NCBI GenBank assembly: GCA_008632985.1
Contig: QPGO01000229.1
Span: forward strand, 62,001 to 105,282
DNA from: Psammoneis japonica
Taxonomy: Eukaryota
Length of the DNA: 43,282 bases
Direction: 5' to 3'
Shown: positions 1 through 10,799 of the stretch, in pieces
Numbering within the stretch: position 1 is the first letter of the stretch
Layout of the letters: each line of letters starts with the position of its first letter
Made by a program: the position numbers and the translations under genes
Notes under the pieces: model-generated
Seen by the model: the letters and a program-made list of their open reading frames with translations, nothing else
What the model was told of the DNA's origin: nothing
Database searches by the model: none

Positions 1-413
1 AATGGTGTCTTGATCGGGCCAAGGACCTTTCCAACTTGTTCGTTGAAGACCACCTCATCAAACTCCTCCACCATGTTTCCGGGCCCAAACTCTCCGAGGC
101 TCCCACCGTCCGCGGCGGATGGACACTGACTGAACTTGGTTGCTGCAATCGCAAAGATCTCTGGATCCTCGTGAATTTCCTCCTTGAGGATTTGCAGCTT
201 ATTGTATGCTTCGTCCTCATCGGCGCCCGTCATGATGAGAATGTGGCTGGCGGTTGCCTTGGCGGTCGACTGCGGTTTTCGTGATTCCAATTCATCAAAA
301 AAGCTACCACACACAAAAATGAAGCGTTGCTGCTGATGCGTCCTTTGCGGTGCGGTAAAAGCCGTGGTTGAACCGATGAACGCCAAGAATGCAAGTGCAA
401 TTATCAATCTCAT
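1..413 (-). CDS. Parvulin/PpiC-type peptidyl-prolyl cis-trans isomerase, probably plastid-targeted (3' end beyond window start)
   Basis: Not in the ORF track. Manual translation from ATG 413: MRLIIALAFLAFIGSTTAF (signal + AF motif)...ATASHILI...KFSQCPSAADGGSLGEFGPGNMVEEFDEVVFNEQVGKVLGPIKTP, matching the rotamase motifs HIL, S-x-CPS-x-x-x-GG-x-LG-x-F-x-x-G-x-MV-x-x-FD. Confidence 0.9.
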   Translation of the reverse strand, partial: MRLIIALAFLAFIGSTTAFTAPQRTHQQQRFIFVCGSFFDELESRKPQSTAKATASHILIMTGADEDEAYNKLQILKEEIHEDPEIFAIAATKFSQCPSAADGGSLGEFGPGNMVEEFDEVVFNEQVGKVLGPIKTP

Positions 414-693
414 TCTACCGGTCTGGATGAGAATGCTTGTGGTATGGAGATGAATGGGGCTGGCAGGAAATGTTATGTCGTGTCTTTCACAAAAAAAGCG
501 AAGTGTCGGTCGCGGCTACTTACTGTCGGTCGCTTTCGCTGTGAGCGTGTCTGCGACTTCTTGTCAACGCAAACAACAAGGGCGTTTTACGATAACATAT
601 GAAACAGCATCTCTACTTTACAAGGCGGACGACGACTACCGCACAGAGTCTTGCAAACTTCCGCAGATGGTCTACATTGATATATTTATCAAT

Positions 694-1312
694 TTAATCA
701 AAAGATCCGGACGGTGGTCGAATACCACAAGGATCGTCTCCGTCGAAAATGCCGTGCAAAAAATGATCCCATGATATCCATTCCTTGGTTCCTCTGTAGT
801 ACTCCTCGGGCCGTTTGGGTATATACGGCGTACGCAAATTTCCATTGGCTACCAAATCATTAAATTCTTCTTTTGTGTTGGGACCAAGGTTGGCCTGGAT
901 CCATTTTCTCGCATCTTCGTACGGGAGCTTTCTAGGTATCGATGAAAGTGTTTGGGTTTTGTGTAACAAAGAGGAGAAAAAGTTAGCATGCGAAAACGAA
1001 GCTACTGCACTTTATTGACAAGCAATGTCTTTTCCTTACTTACAGTGGTTTTCTTTTCAAGAACGATCTTCGATTCTCTTCTTCGAGACGAATTCTCTCT
1101 GCCCTCCACCCGAGGTCGTCCATTAGTTTCTTTTCGTCTGATGAAGAATCTGCAGCATTGTCAGCCGACAACAGCAAGGGAATACGACTTGTTGGTGTTT
1201 CAAAATTGTAAAATACAGGATTCTCGCCGCTGATGGGTCTCGCGACAAAGGCACAGCACCGTGTCATCACGGTCGCGAGCCCAACAAGAGCAGCCATCGG
1301 ACCAAAGAGCAT
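694..1312 (-). CDS. Two-exon hypothetical protein, possibly plastid-targeted, with a C-terminal 'PYEEAR...IPKRPEEYY...W.SW..FL' repeat-type domain
   Basis: Intron 932-1043 (GTAAGT...CTAG on minus strand) joins ...FLKRKPL to KLPYEDARKW... in frame. Hydrophobic N-terminus ends in CCAF. Start uncertain (1312 or 1330). Confidence 0.7.
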
Positions 1313-1774
1313 TGCTCTTTGTTTTCCCATCACCACTGCAAAACAGGTCAAAAGCAAACTCTCCAGTGGGGGCGCAGACGGGGTGTCTCGAGTCTTCGAA
1401 ACGTTCGTTGAATGCAAGTTCTGGGGTCAATAGAAGCACACAACGTGATGACACGATGAATTGTGAATTCTCATTGGAAGCAAAACGATGCACAACAAAT
1501 GCAGAAATGATGATGTGGCAAAAATTCCAAAAAATGGCGCGAAATCTTTTATCTTTTATACAAACATAGAGGTTTTTATTTTCGTCGGTCGGCGGACAGA
1601 ATGACATCAACATTCAGTACTGATCGCCCGTAGGATTCTACGTGGGTTGTTCCCAGCCGCGAAGTTGAAGAAGCGAGCTTTGTGTTCGACATCCGACGAC
1701 AATAACACAAACCGAGAAAGGAGAGGAGTTGTTGCTGTTGTAATTGATTTCTGGCGTTGAATACATCAGACACA

Positions 1775-2672
1775 ATGATGGAATTCTCACAAAAACGGCT
1801 GATTTTGGTGGTGGTGGCAAGCCTGATCTCTGTCTCAACCTCGTTCCATGCTTCTCTGTCTCCACGGCTTCACGTAAATAATGTTCCCGTTCGACGAACC
1901 GCCTTGTTCATGTCGTCGGGCAAGGGATTTGGTTCAGCTCCTCCGCCACCACCCGAGTCAGAGACAACGACTGAAAACGAAGAATCAACAACCCCTGTCA
2001 CCTCTACTAGTCCGCCAACACCCATGAACCAGGGACAAATCTCTCTGGAAAAGTTGCGTCGTGAAAAGGCCGAACAACGTGATGCCGAGCTTCGCCGAGT
2101 ACGTGAGGTCCGTTCCATGGATGATCTCGTCAAGGAGGACAGAGAAGCGGCTGCAATTCCTGAGAAAGTGGCAATGAGAATGGGAAAACGCATGCTGCCC
2201 TTTGTTGGTATTCCGCTGATTGGAGGAATGGGTGCCTTTGTTGCTTTTTGGTACCTTGCAACGTACAAGGATATGGAGTTCCAACCTGCCGTCGTTGCGG
2301 GTAGTACTATTGCTGTGTTGGTTGTTGGACTACTGGTACGTTTGATATACATTGTCTTTTTTTATCTATGAACATGATTAAACTTACAGTTCTGTTTTTT
2401 GAACGCAGGGCATTACGTATTCCGTCATGAGCGCATCCTGGGATCCCGAACGAGAGGGATCGACGTTTGGTATTGACGAGTTTTCCAAAAATGTAGAAAA
2501 CTTGCAGGATGGGTTGAAACGATCGCGAGAGAATGCAATTATTCGAGAAAAAATGGCAGGCATGCCTGAAGCTGAAATTGAAGCTGCGATTCGCGATTTG
2601 GATAAAAGGGATGCGCAACAAACAAAGAAGCGCCAGTCGTTGGGTTCAAAGCTCGAAGAAGACCTGGAGTAG
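1775..2672 (+). CDS. PAM68: PAM68 (DUF3464) photosystem II assembly factor, plastid-targeted, two exons
   Basis: IPEKVAMRMGKRMLPFVGIP, two TM helices, then GLL|GITYSVMSASWDPEREGSTFGIDEF. Intron 2336-2408 (GTACGT...GCAG). Signal peptide ends STSF. Confidence 0.9.
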
Positions 2673-2885
2673 ATGGTTGTGTATCAATGAATAAAACAAC
2701 GAAGAATTAACTGGATCACACTAGAACATTCTGACCACCAAAATAAAATGGCGAGGCGCTACCGGTTCGAAATATGGGCGCCAGAAATATCGAGAGGACG
2801 CTACAAGTTAAACTAAAGAAGTGCATGTGATGACTTATGTTATGAGACGATAAGAGGAACCGATGATGTCGCAGTGACATCACAA

Positions 2886-4265
2886 TCACGGTGAAGAGAA
2901 AAATTTACCGATAAGCTGCCGACGAGACGGCGAGTTGGGCGTCGAATTCGAAGGCGTCGTATCATCGTTGATTTTCAGCAGCATGTCGATCTTGAACATC
3001 AAAGAGATCATTTTCAAAAGCTTATCTTTTACGCGACCCATGCGTATTTCTAAAATATCTTGGCAAAGAAAGATGATGCCTTGCTGTCGAAGGACCTGGT
3101 TCGTTTCTTCTGTAACTAGAGTGCGCATCCGATTTACAATAGCGACAGTCGAAGAAATTCGTGTGCGCAAAAACACAACGGTCAGTTGCACAATCGTCAT
3201 GACGTATACTTCCGCTACAACCCCGAGCGGGAGTGGCCACGCCATACTCATTGAAGTCATAATGTCTTCTGATAGTGCAGCATTGTCCGCTTTATTCTTG
3301 CCCAAAGCCATAACGTCAGCGAGGGCAGAGGCAACCTTGGCCATTAACTTATTGTCCATTAGAACTGACGAAGTACCGTTCTTCCCACTATACTCGAGAT
3401 CGAGATAGGTAAGGAGTCCAACAAACCCTAGCACATGCAATAAGGCAGAAACGATAAGCACGATGTTTATCTCTCGGCTTTGATACAGTTCCGGAGAACG
3501 CAGGCGCTTCGGAATCCAAGGTGTGACCGGAATGATTTCCTCCACAAGACGAACGCTCTCCCCAATTTCTCCCTTGGCTCCATCTAGCTCTGAAACAACG
3601 CTGTTTGGATCAGGAACGACAATAGTTGGGTCCATTTCTTTTAGAACTTTTTCTTGTTCGGAGGCCTTTTCCAGCTTTGGGCGCATCGCTATCACCACAT
3701 CACACAGCTTCATTTTGACAAGATCAACTTTCGACGCCACTGAGGTAGCTACATCCTCGACGGCTTTAATGGCAATTTCTTTTAGTGATGTCGAAAATAA
3801 TCGTTTTGACTGTTTTGAATACATCCTTTGGATAAAGTAGACGCTCAGTGAAATGCCGACGAGTACTGTCGCATATTCGAATGGGCCGACGAGTTCACCA
3901 TTCGTGGGCAAAAGAGCGAAACCAGCAATGACCATGAAACACAGGCTTGGACACAGAATCAAATATATAAAGTCAAGAAATTTTGCTTCACCCTCAAAAT
4001 CATAAGCTGTGGCTGGCGGAAGCTTCACAGTGACCGACGAATCCTGTATGAATTCATCCAGCAAACCAAGGAGCTCGGCCTCTTCGGGGTTTGCTTCTGG
4101 ATACCGGTCCTGCGGAGAAATTGCTTCACAATCAGCTTCTGGAAGCTGTTCATAATCGTTTCTATCTTTCATGCTCCCTCGCGGCGACATCGGCAAGCGG
4201 TCACCTCCATTAGCGTTGTCGTCGCGAAAGCATGTTTTTGCGTTTTCGACAAAGGAACAAGACAT
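2886..4265 (-). CDS. Hypothetical multi-pass membrane protein (about 4 hydrophobic segments separated by helical regions)
   Basis: 459-aa open frame with normal codon usage; a possible splice acceptor (TTTTCTTGCAG) just upstream suggests an extra 5' exon or UTR intron. Confidence 0.65.
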   Translation of the reverse strand: MSCSFVENAKTCFRDDNANGGDRLPMSPRGSMKDRNDYEQLPEADCEAISPQDRYPEANPEEAELLGLLDEFIQDSSVTVKLPPATAYDFEGEAKFLDFIYLILCPSLCFMVIAGFALLPTNGELVGPFEYATVLVGISLSVYFIQRMYSKQSKRLFSTSLKEIAIKAVEDVATSVASKVDLVKMKLCDVVIAMRPKLEKASEQEKVLKEMDPTIVVPDPNSVVSELDGAKGEIGESVRLVEEIIPVTPWIPKRLRSPELYQSREINIVLIVSALLHVLGFVGLLTYLDLEYSGKNGTSSVLMDNKLMAKVASALADVMALGKNKADNAALSEDIMTSMSMAWPLPLGVVAEVYVMTIVQLTVVFLRTRISSTVAIVNRMRTLVTEETNQVLRQQGIIFLCQDILEIRMGRVKDKLLKMISLMFKIDMLLKINDDTTPSNSTPNSPSRRQLIGKFFSSP

Positions 4266-4710
4266 CAGGCCTGCAAGAAAAACACGACTGAGTTATATAA
4301 TTTATCTTCATACTTTAATACTCTATGATTTTAAAATCATTTGAAATTTTTCATCCAACGCCCAACGAAGCGATCAATGCAACCGGGGTACGTGTCGACT
4401 AAAGTGAAACCTACTCTCTACTCTCTCTAGCTAGAGCTAGAGTAGCTGGGCCCTGCGACGTACGGTATGTGTTGCTGCGCTATGACTTCACAAACATTTC
4501 CACAGTCCTCGGGGTGTACAAGTACCAGTCATGGATTTGAGTCGTGGACATTTCAAAATTTCAAATAGCCGGGACTTCACTGACTTACGTCGGTGCGCCA
4601 AAGTCCCGGATGGTGGGCGCATCAGTCCCACAACCCACAACATTTTTGTGATAAGCAGGAAGAGCAACTCTCTTAAGCATTGAACTCTCAACCTACTACT
4701 GTTTGCTGAC

Positions 4711-6333
4711 ATGACGCACTCTACCATACATCAAGAAGGAGACAGTAGTGTTCCAACGAAGTTGCCCGGGTCGCCTCCTACATTCTCCTCCGAAGAATTT
4801 CTCGACGAGGATGGAGATATTGAGAATGGTACGAGACGAGTGACCGTCTCTCAAGTACCAAGGTCTCCATCCGTGGGCGATTGTTATGATGACAATGATG
4901 AACCGGTTCCTCATACACCAGGAGGTTCTAGCGGCATGGCGTCCTCAACACGTAACTCTTCAAGCAAAAGAAATTCGAAAGCGAGTAAAAAGCCAAAGTC
5001 GCAACAGTCGCCAATGTCTCCAAACTCTACGGCGACGGCTCTAACGGTTGAGACCGATGGCTCTCAAAGCCCGCGTAACAATAATGTTGTCACGGTGGAG
5101 CATAGAGTGAAACAAAGTGGCTCATCCAGCAAGGTCAAGCTTTCAAAGCTGAAGAAGCCCGCCATTGCGCTTGTTTTTCTCTTATTATCGGGTTCAGCAA
5201 CATATCTTTTTTCGCAGTGGCTAACAATTCCTGGACTGAACGATCAGATCGAGAGACTGACCAATCAAGTTGACGAACTCGAGAAGCAAGTGGACCGACT
5301 AGAGGCCGAGGTAGACCGACTCACAGTACAGGTTGATAGATTAGATTCAGAGGTTGATCGATTGTCTGATGAGAATGACCGCTTTGCGCAACTGAATGAG
5401 GAGTTGGAAGCTAACAATGCCGAGTACGCTGCTCTCAACGAACAGTTGAAGAATACGACAGAGCGGTATGAGAAGTTGAATAATCAGTTGAACGCGTCGA
5501 ATGTAGAACTCGAGCGACTCAACGGAGAGTTGGAGACTCGGAACGAAGACTATGCAGAATTAAATGTACAACTCAACACAACGGTAGAGGCACTGACACT
5601 TGAAGTTGGTGTGCTGCGGAACGCAACCATAAACCTGTCAGCGACCAACATTGCTCTCCGACAGTCGGTGATTCTTCTCACGGGTCGAGTTGACACCCTG
5701 AAGAGTGAAAATGAGTTCTTGAACAACACCGTCTTTGCACTTGACCAAGAGGTTGAAACTCTTACGAACGAAACGGAGAGACTGGCAGAGTTGAATGCGA
5801 ACCTCGGTAGCATCGTATCCTTCCTCAACGAAACTGCCGCGGGCATTGATGAGTCCTACAATGCGATATCTGAATTTTTGGCCGAACAAATTACAGCTTA
5901 TCGAGGTTACGTACTTGACACCCTCAAGAATCTCTATATGCAACGTGTGACGAACTGGGATTGCGACTTCCGATCATTCTTCTTGACGCAACCCTTCGTC
6001 CGAGATCCGTCAACGCCAGTCGGCTCAGCAGCATATCCAGAAGTACGAGATTATGTAGAAGAACGTATCCTATCAGAGTTTTGTCTGGACACGTCAGACT
6101 TTGAACAGTTTCTCAGAGTCGAATTTGTACAGGATGGGCAAAACCTGCCGGTGAATGTCACGACAAACCAACTCAAGCGCTCGGTCCAGCGGTACACAAG
6201 AGACGCCATGGCTCATTACTTTCCAAACTCCAACGAACCCCCGGATAATCAACCAAACGACACTGATTGGGCAGCAGCGGACTACAACTGCGAAAATCTC
6301 CCATCCAACAAAAGATTCCTGGCCTATTCGTAG
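4711..6333 (+). CDS. Type II single-pass membrane protein with long heptad coiled coil and Cys-containing C-terminal domain
   Basis: 540-aa ORF: S/P-rich N-terminus, one TM (AIALVFLLLSGSATYLF), LxxQVDR/LxxEVDR heptads, many N-x-S/T sequons after the TM. Confidence 0.8.
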   Translation: MTHSTIHQEGDSSVPTKLPGSPPTFSSEEFLDEDGDIENGTRRVTVSQVPRSPSVGDCYDDNDEPVPHTPGGSSGMASSTRNSSSKRNSKASKKPKSQQSPMSPNSTATALTVETDGSQSPRNNNVVTVEHRVKQSGSSSKVKLSKLKKPAIALVFLLLSGSATYLFSQWLTIPGLNDQIERLTNQVDELEKQVDRLEAEVDRLTVQVDRLDSEVDRLSDENDRFAQLNEELEANNAEYAALNEQLKNTTERYEKLNNQLNASNVELERLNGELETRNEDYAELNVQLNTTVEALTLEVGVLRNATINLSATNIALRQSVILLTGRVDTLKSENEFLNNTVFALDQEVETLTNETERLAELNANLGSIVSFLNETAAGIDESYNAISEFLAEQITAYRGYVLDTLKNLYMQRVTNWDCDFRSFFLTQPFVRDPSTPVGSAAYPEVRDYVEERILSEFCLDTSDFEQFLRVEFVQDGQNLPVNVTTNQLKRSVQRYTRDAMAHYFPNSNEPPDNQPNDTDWAAADYNCENLPSNKRFLAYS

Positions 6334-7042
6334 AAAACGTCGTGACTACTCAAACCGTAAACTCTCACTTATCTCAGATATTCCATTCATTTTCATGCGG
6401 TTCATGGTGTGAAATCTCTGCTCCAGAGAGTGACAATAAACCTGTGGGTCAGTTATGGTTCATAGCACACATATGTATAATATTCATTTACAAAACTAAA
6501 AAAAATGTGCCGCTTTTTCACTGGGCTACTCGCTCTGTCCTTCGAGTACACGTCTCATCTAGAGCAAGTGAAAAATGTGCCGGCATGTTCTTCTTGCCCG
6601 TAACAATAATCGTTACCCAGTCATTCCAGTGAACGTCTGGATGTCCTAGGTTCTAGCAGGGCCAACCAAAGATGGTGTGTCAAACCGCAAAAGACGAGCG
6701 TACCTCTTGAAACATTGGCAACGGGTGCCGGCAAAGTGTCATGGTCATGGTGAAATCGACGAAAAATGAGTTCGAGTTGGTGCGTCCGCCCGCCCGTCAC
6801 AAGAAGCTTTTTCGACGGAATCGGGAATTATGCATTCCCCTAAGTAAAGTGCAACCTCGTACTCATGCGTCGTAGAATGCTACTGTGTCGGCGGCAAGTT
6901 TTGGGCATGAAAATCCATATCAGAAAATAATTCTGATGTCAAGATCCAAGATTCTTCGTGCCACTCACTTAGATTGTTGCAATCTGCAATGCCGCTCTCA
7001 TAATCTCAGCAAGTTCCGTGTCTGCGCTTACCTCTCTCTCCT

Positions 7043-7797
7043 ATGGCTACCATGTCGTCTTCATACTCCTTTCCAGAAGCTCTTCCTCATGGTGAAATGA
7101 CGGAGGTGTTTCCTGGTGTGTTCTTCGTCAAGGGCTCCGTGAAGATGTCCATGGGGCTTGTCACCATGTCATTTAGCAGAAACATGACGATTGTTCGTCA
7201 ACAAGGATCTTATTTTGATTAATTCCGTTCGTCTCGACGAAGATGGGCTAAAGGAACTTGATAAGCTCGGAAAAGTCAAGCACGTATTCGCCTAGCAGGA
7301 TTTCATGGCATGGACGATCCATTTACAAAGATCGTTACGACTGCACCGTTTGGGGTCCCAAGGGAGGCACGTACTTTTCGGGTTTCGAAAAGGATGCTGA
7401 ACCTTATTTTCAACAAGACAAGGACATCAGCAGCAACACTGTGTTGCCAATCAAGGACAGCAAGGCCATTCTCATTGATTCAGCCGAACCTTCTGAAGCA
7501 CTCGTGTTGATGAATCGTCCTGACGGAAAAAGGATTCTTGTTTCTGGAGATTGTCTCCAGAATTATGTGAAAGCAGATGAGTATTTTAGTTTTTTGTCAT
7601 CCATCATGATGCGGCTCATGGGTTTTATAAAGCCCTACAACGTTGGCCCCGCCTGGTACAAGACGACGAAACCTGACAAATCTCAAATCGAAAGCCTCCT
7701 CGACCTCGAATTCGATCACGTTCTTCCTTCTCACGGCGAACCCTGTGTTGGAGAAGCCTGTTCAAAGTATGAACCCGTCATAAAAGGTCTCAACTAG
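7043..7797 (+). CDS. Metallo-beta-lactamase-fold-like protein with three apparent frameshifts (pseudogene or consensus errors)
   Basis: Frames join to MATMSSSYSFPEALPHGEMTEVFPGVFFVKG...FSRNMTIVR...LINSVRLDEDGLKELDKLGKVKHV/RLAGFHGMDDPF/YKDRY...LVSGDCLQN...FDHVLPSHGEP. Shifts near 7210, 7286 and 7324. Confidence 0.7.
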
Positions 7798-8213
7798 GCT
7801 GTTTCTTGCCGCATGGATAATAATTGTGTTCGGGCCGGTGGTATCGTGTGATCCTTTCTTCTGAACTTTCAAAGGCGGAATGGGTTTTGCCTGATTATTT
7901 TCATCTCTATCTAACAAAATCCTTCAATAGCATTACAAATCTCAAGCGTTTCCAGAATTGCGCGCAAATTTCGGATAGCTAGGGCCCTACAGTATTGGCT
8001 TGTGCGTCCCACTTGTGCGCAAATTTCAGTCGTGTGATGATTCTCGCGATCAAGTGTTTTTTGTTTTTTGAATTCGATCGATCCCGATTCGTGCATCGTG
8101 CATGTTGCAATCGCGAGGATAGTCGAAGTCGCTCATGTTGCTACCTTCAAAAAATTACTCCTACATACTTTAAATGCATTCTTTGAAAGCGGTCCACTGA
8201 AGCCGGAGGCACT

Positions 8214-9143
8214 ATGGAGAGTGCTCAAGAATCAGTGTTGCTTGCGATGCGTCTTGAAGCGGAGGAAAGACAAGCCCAAGCTGATTATGAACTTGCACTC
8301 ATGCTGGCTGGACAGGACGAAACGAGCAAACCATCCCCCCAGACGCGTTCGCAGAGTCACTCTCAAGAACACGAAACAGTTGAAGACTACACCCAAACCG
8401 ATTACGCACTTGCCCTCAAGATGCAGAAACAGGACGAAGAAGAGACAGCGCTAATGCTATCCAGTGCAACTGGACGGGCGTGGAAGCTTGTTCAGAGTGT
8501 TGTAAGTGCAGTCCAAGGCTCAGAACTTGTCTCTCCAGTGGCAATTGACGATATGGTGTACACTGCCGAACGCTTCATTGTCGCTCACGACCACTTCCGT
8601 AAGAATCGCAAGCCTAGTCTCGTCGACATTGGGTACCATTACACTCGACGAGAGAATCTAGAACGCATCCGTACCGATGGACTTCTCACAAAAGCAGAAC
8701 GAGATGCAGAGAACATCAAGTCTCACTACAACGGTTCGAGCTATGGTGACGGCATATATTCCGCCCACAATCCCATGACTTACCAGAACAGCTACGGCGA
8801 GACGGGCCTTCTGGTCGGTCGTTTACCGGGTGTCATGGGCTCAACGGGTTTGGGAAACTGTGACACACGAGATTGTGGCTCTTTCTGGGTGCTCAAGACA
8901 TCACAGCAATGCCTTCCGCTTGTGCGGTTCAATGTTCGCGCCGTTCAGGAAAATCCAGCCCAGTTGTACGAGATCCATTTGATCATTCACGACATTCTCG
9001 ACGAAGCCTTCAACAGCGGTCCTACGCAGCCTTGCGGCTTTCCTGGAATACCTCAGAGAAACACGGCAAGACAAACACCAACACTTGCAGCTCCTTCAGG
9101 GAACACCCAAAACGCCACTCAAGGTAGTTGCATAATTCAGTAA
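8214..9143 (+). CDS. Protein with N-terminal MIU/UIM-like ubiquitin-binding helices, a PARP/ADP-ribosyltransferase-like domain and a C-terminal CaaX
   Basis: ADYELALML and TDYALALKMQ; DIGYHYT...N...I...GL...GSSYGDGIYSA (PARP-type H and Y strands); ends CIIQ-stop. Confidence 0.65.
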   Translation: MESAQESVLLAMRLEAEERQAQADYELALMLAGQDETSKPSPQTRSQSHSQEHETVEDYTQTDYALALKMQKQDEEETALMLSSATGRAWKLVQSVVSAVQGSELVSPVAIDDMVYTAERFIVAHDHFRKNRKPSLVDIGYHYTRRENLERIRTDGLLTKAERDAENIKSHYNGSSYGDGIYSAHNPMTYQNSYGETGLLVGRLPGVMGSTGLGNCDTRDCGSFWVLKTSQQCLPLVRFNVRAVQENPAQLYEIHLIIHDILDEAFNSGPTQPCGFPGIPQRNTARQTPTLAAPSGNTQNATQGSCIIQ

Positions 9144-9199
9144 GAAACATAGAAGTATGTGCTGGTTGCAGTGGGCAGTGATGGGCTGGTGTTTTGTTA

Positions 9200-9604
9200 T
9201 TAAGGGGGGGTCATCCCCGCGTTTATCCTAAAATTACCGTTGCATTTGAATAAGGTTTTTTATAGTGTTTATTTTTGAATACAAGAATTATTCATAGTCA
9301 CACCCGATCGCGCACGAAAACGAGAACCATCAGCACCGCGATCGAAGCACGACGATGATGACAATCATCGATATTTCTCAAAAAACGTAGATTGCCGTCT
9401 ACCAACTTTTCATGTATATACAATCTTTGATACATAACAAGCATAAAATAAATGAGAGTTGGTAGACGGACCACCTCCGTCACAGACTTATGGCTTGTTG
9501 TTTTCACCACGGTGAAGCACGGTGAAATTCAGGAAAAATCATGCAAAACACGAGCTATTCGGCCGAATTCGAGCTAAAAAAAGTAGCAACCGACCACCCT
9601 TAAG
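9200..9604. mobile_element. Possible ~400-bp non-autonomous DNA transposon (MITE) with TTAA flanks
   Basis: Left TTAA-GGGGGGGTC and right GACCACCC-TTAA form a short imperfect inverted repeat; AT-rich non-coding interior. Confidence 0.35.
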
Positions 9605-10799
9605 TGGGCGTACCACAGTTCTCGGCCCGTTCATTTTCTACGTGGCCTGGTACAACCCAAATCTGTGTAGATTCAGTACATTTCGCCCTGTAGAACAGTT
9701 TTTGGGTGTGTTTTCTGGCTCGCGACGCAAAATAACACGCAAAATAACACGGACAATGGCGTTTCGCCGATTTCAAAAATACGGTTGTTTCTGAGGTACT
9801 TTGTAGTGTACTCTCAACGGAATATCACACGTCATAGCATAAGGTGTGTGATGAGCTCGAGAGCACACAGGTTCACATGGGTAGATCATGGTGAAATTTT
9901 GAACTGAAGATTGGTGTTGACACCGCCGATTTTGTTGCATCAACACGCAACTTATGCATCACCATTCATGCTGTGCATTTCGTTGAGTACTCACATGCTC
10001 ACATTCTTTCAACTTACACATGCATTGTCTTTCCTCATTGTTGTTTTGTTCTGTAGGGTCTCCCTTGCCATGGGCCATCCCTGAGAGAGAAATGCTTGCT
10101 TTGAATGTCACTTCTACCTTGCAACGGCCACGGCAGTCTGACGACAAGTCCAAGTCACAGATGCAGCATCCGGATGACTTCATGATAAATGTAGAAGCTT
10201 GGGTCTTTGGTGTCTGAAGATGTTCAAGCTCTCAGCAGCTCAGATTTGTCGTCGAGCAATTTTGATGCGCATTTGACGTGCCTCCAGAAGGTGATGCGCA
10301 GTTTCACTCGACAGAGAAACGAGCCATGGCGATTATGATGGCTTACATTGAGTCTTACAGATACAAGGTAGTTTATAACACAGAAACATGTGACTCATTT
10401 GCCTCATCTGCTAAGCCTGTGCAACACATTTAGATGTTAAAGTCGGGGCAAATTGTGCACAATGCCAAGTCTCCAAAAACAGCACAAGAGTGCAAGCCCA
10501 AAAGAAGAATTAGCTTCACAACTTATCATGGGAGTGTAGAGCTTGTTTTTCTGGGGCATCATGTCTCTGTTGTTTTCATGGAGTGGACATTCACTGGTGT
10601 TGTTGCCGCCAACGTGCGAGTTCGCCTTGACAACATGTTGCACTGTATTCTGAGAGTTTGGAATGAAAAAACAACTTGCATTTACATCATTCCATCACAA
10701 CAGAAATGTGTGAGCTGTCCCTGGCCCTTTTGGAGAAATGGGGCAAGTGAAAGAGGAGCTACAGAAAGATGCGGACGATGCCATTTTGATGGATTGTCG

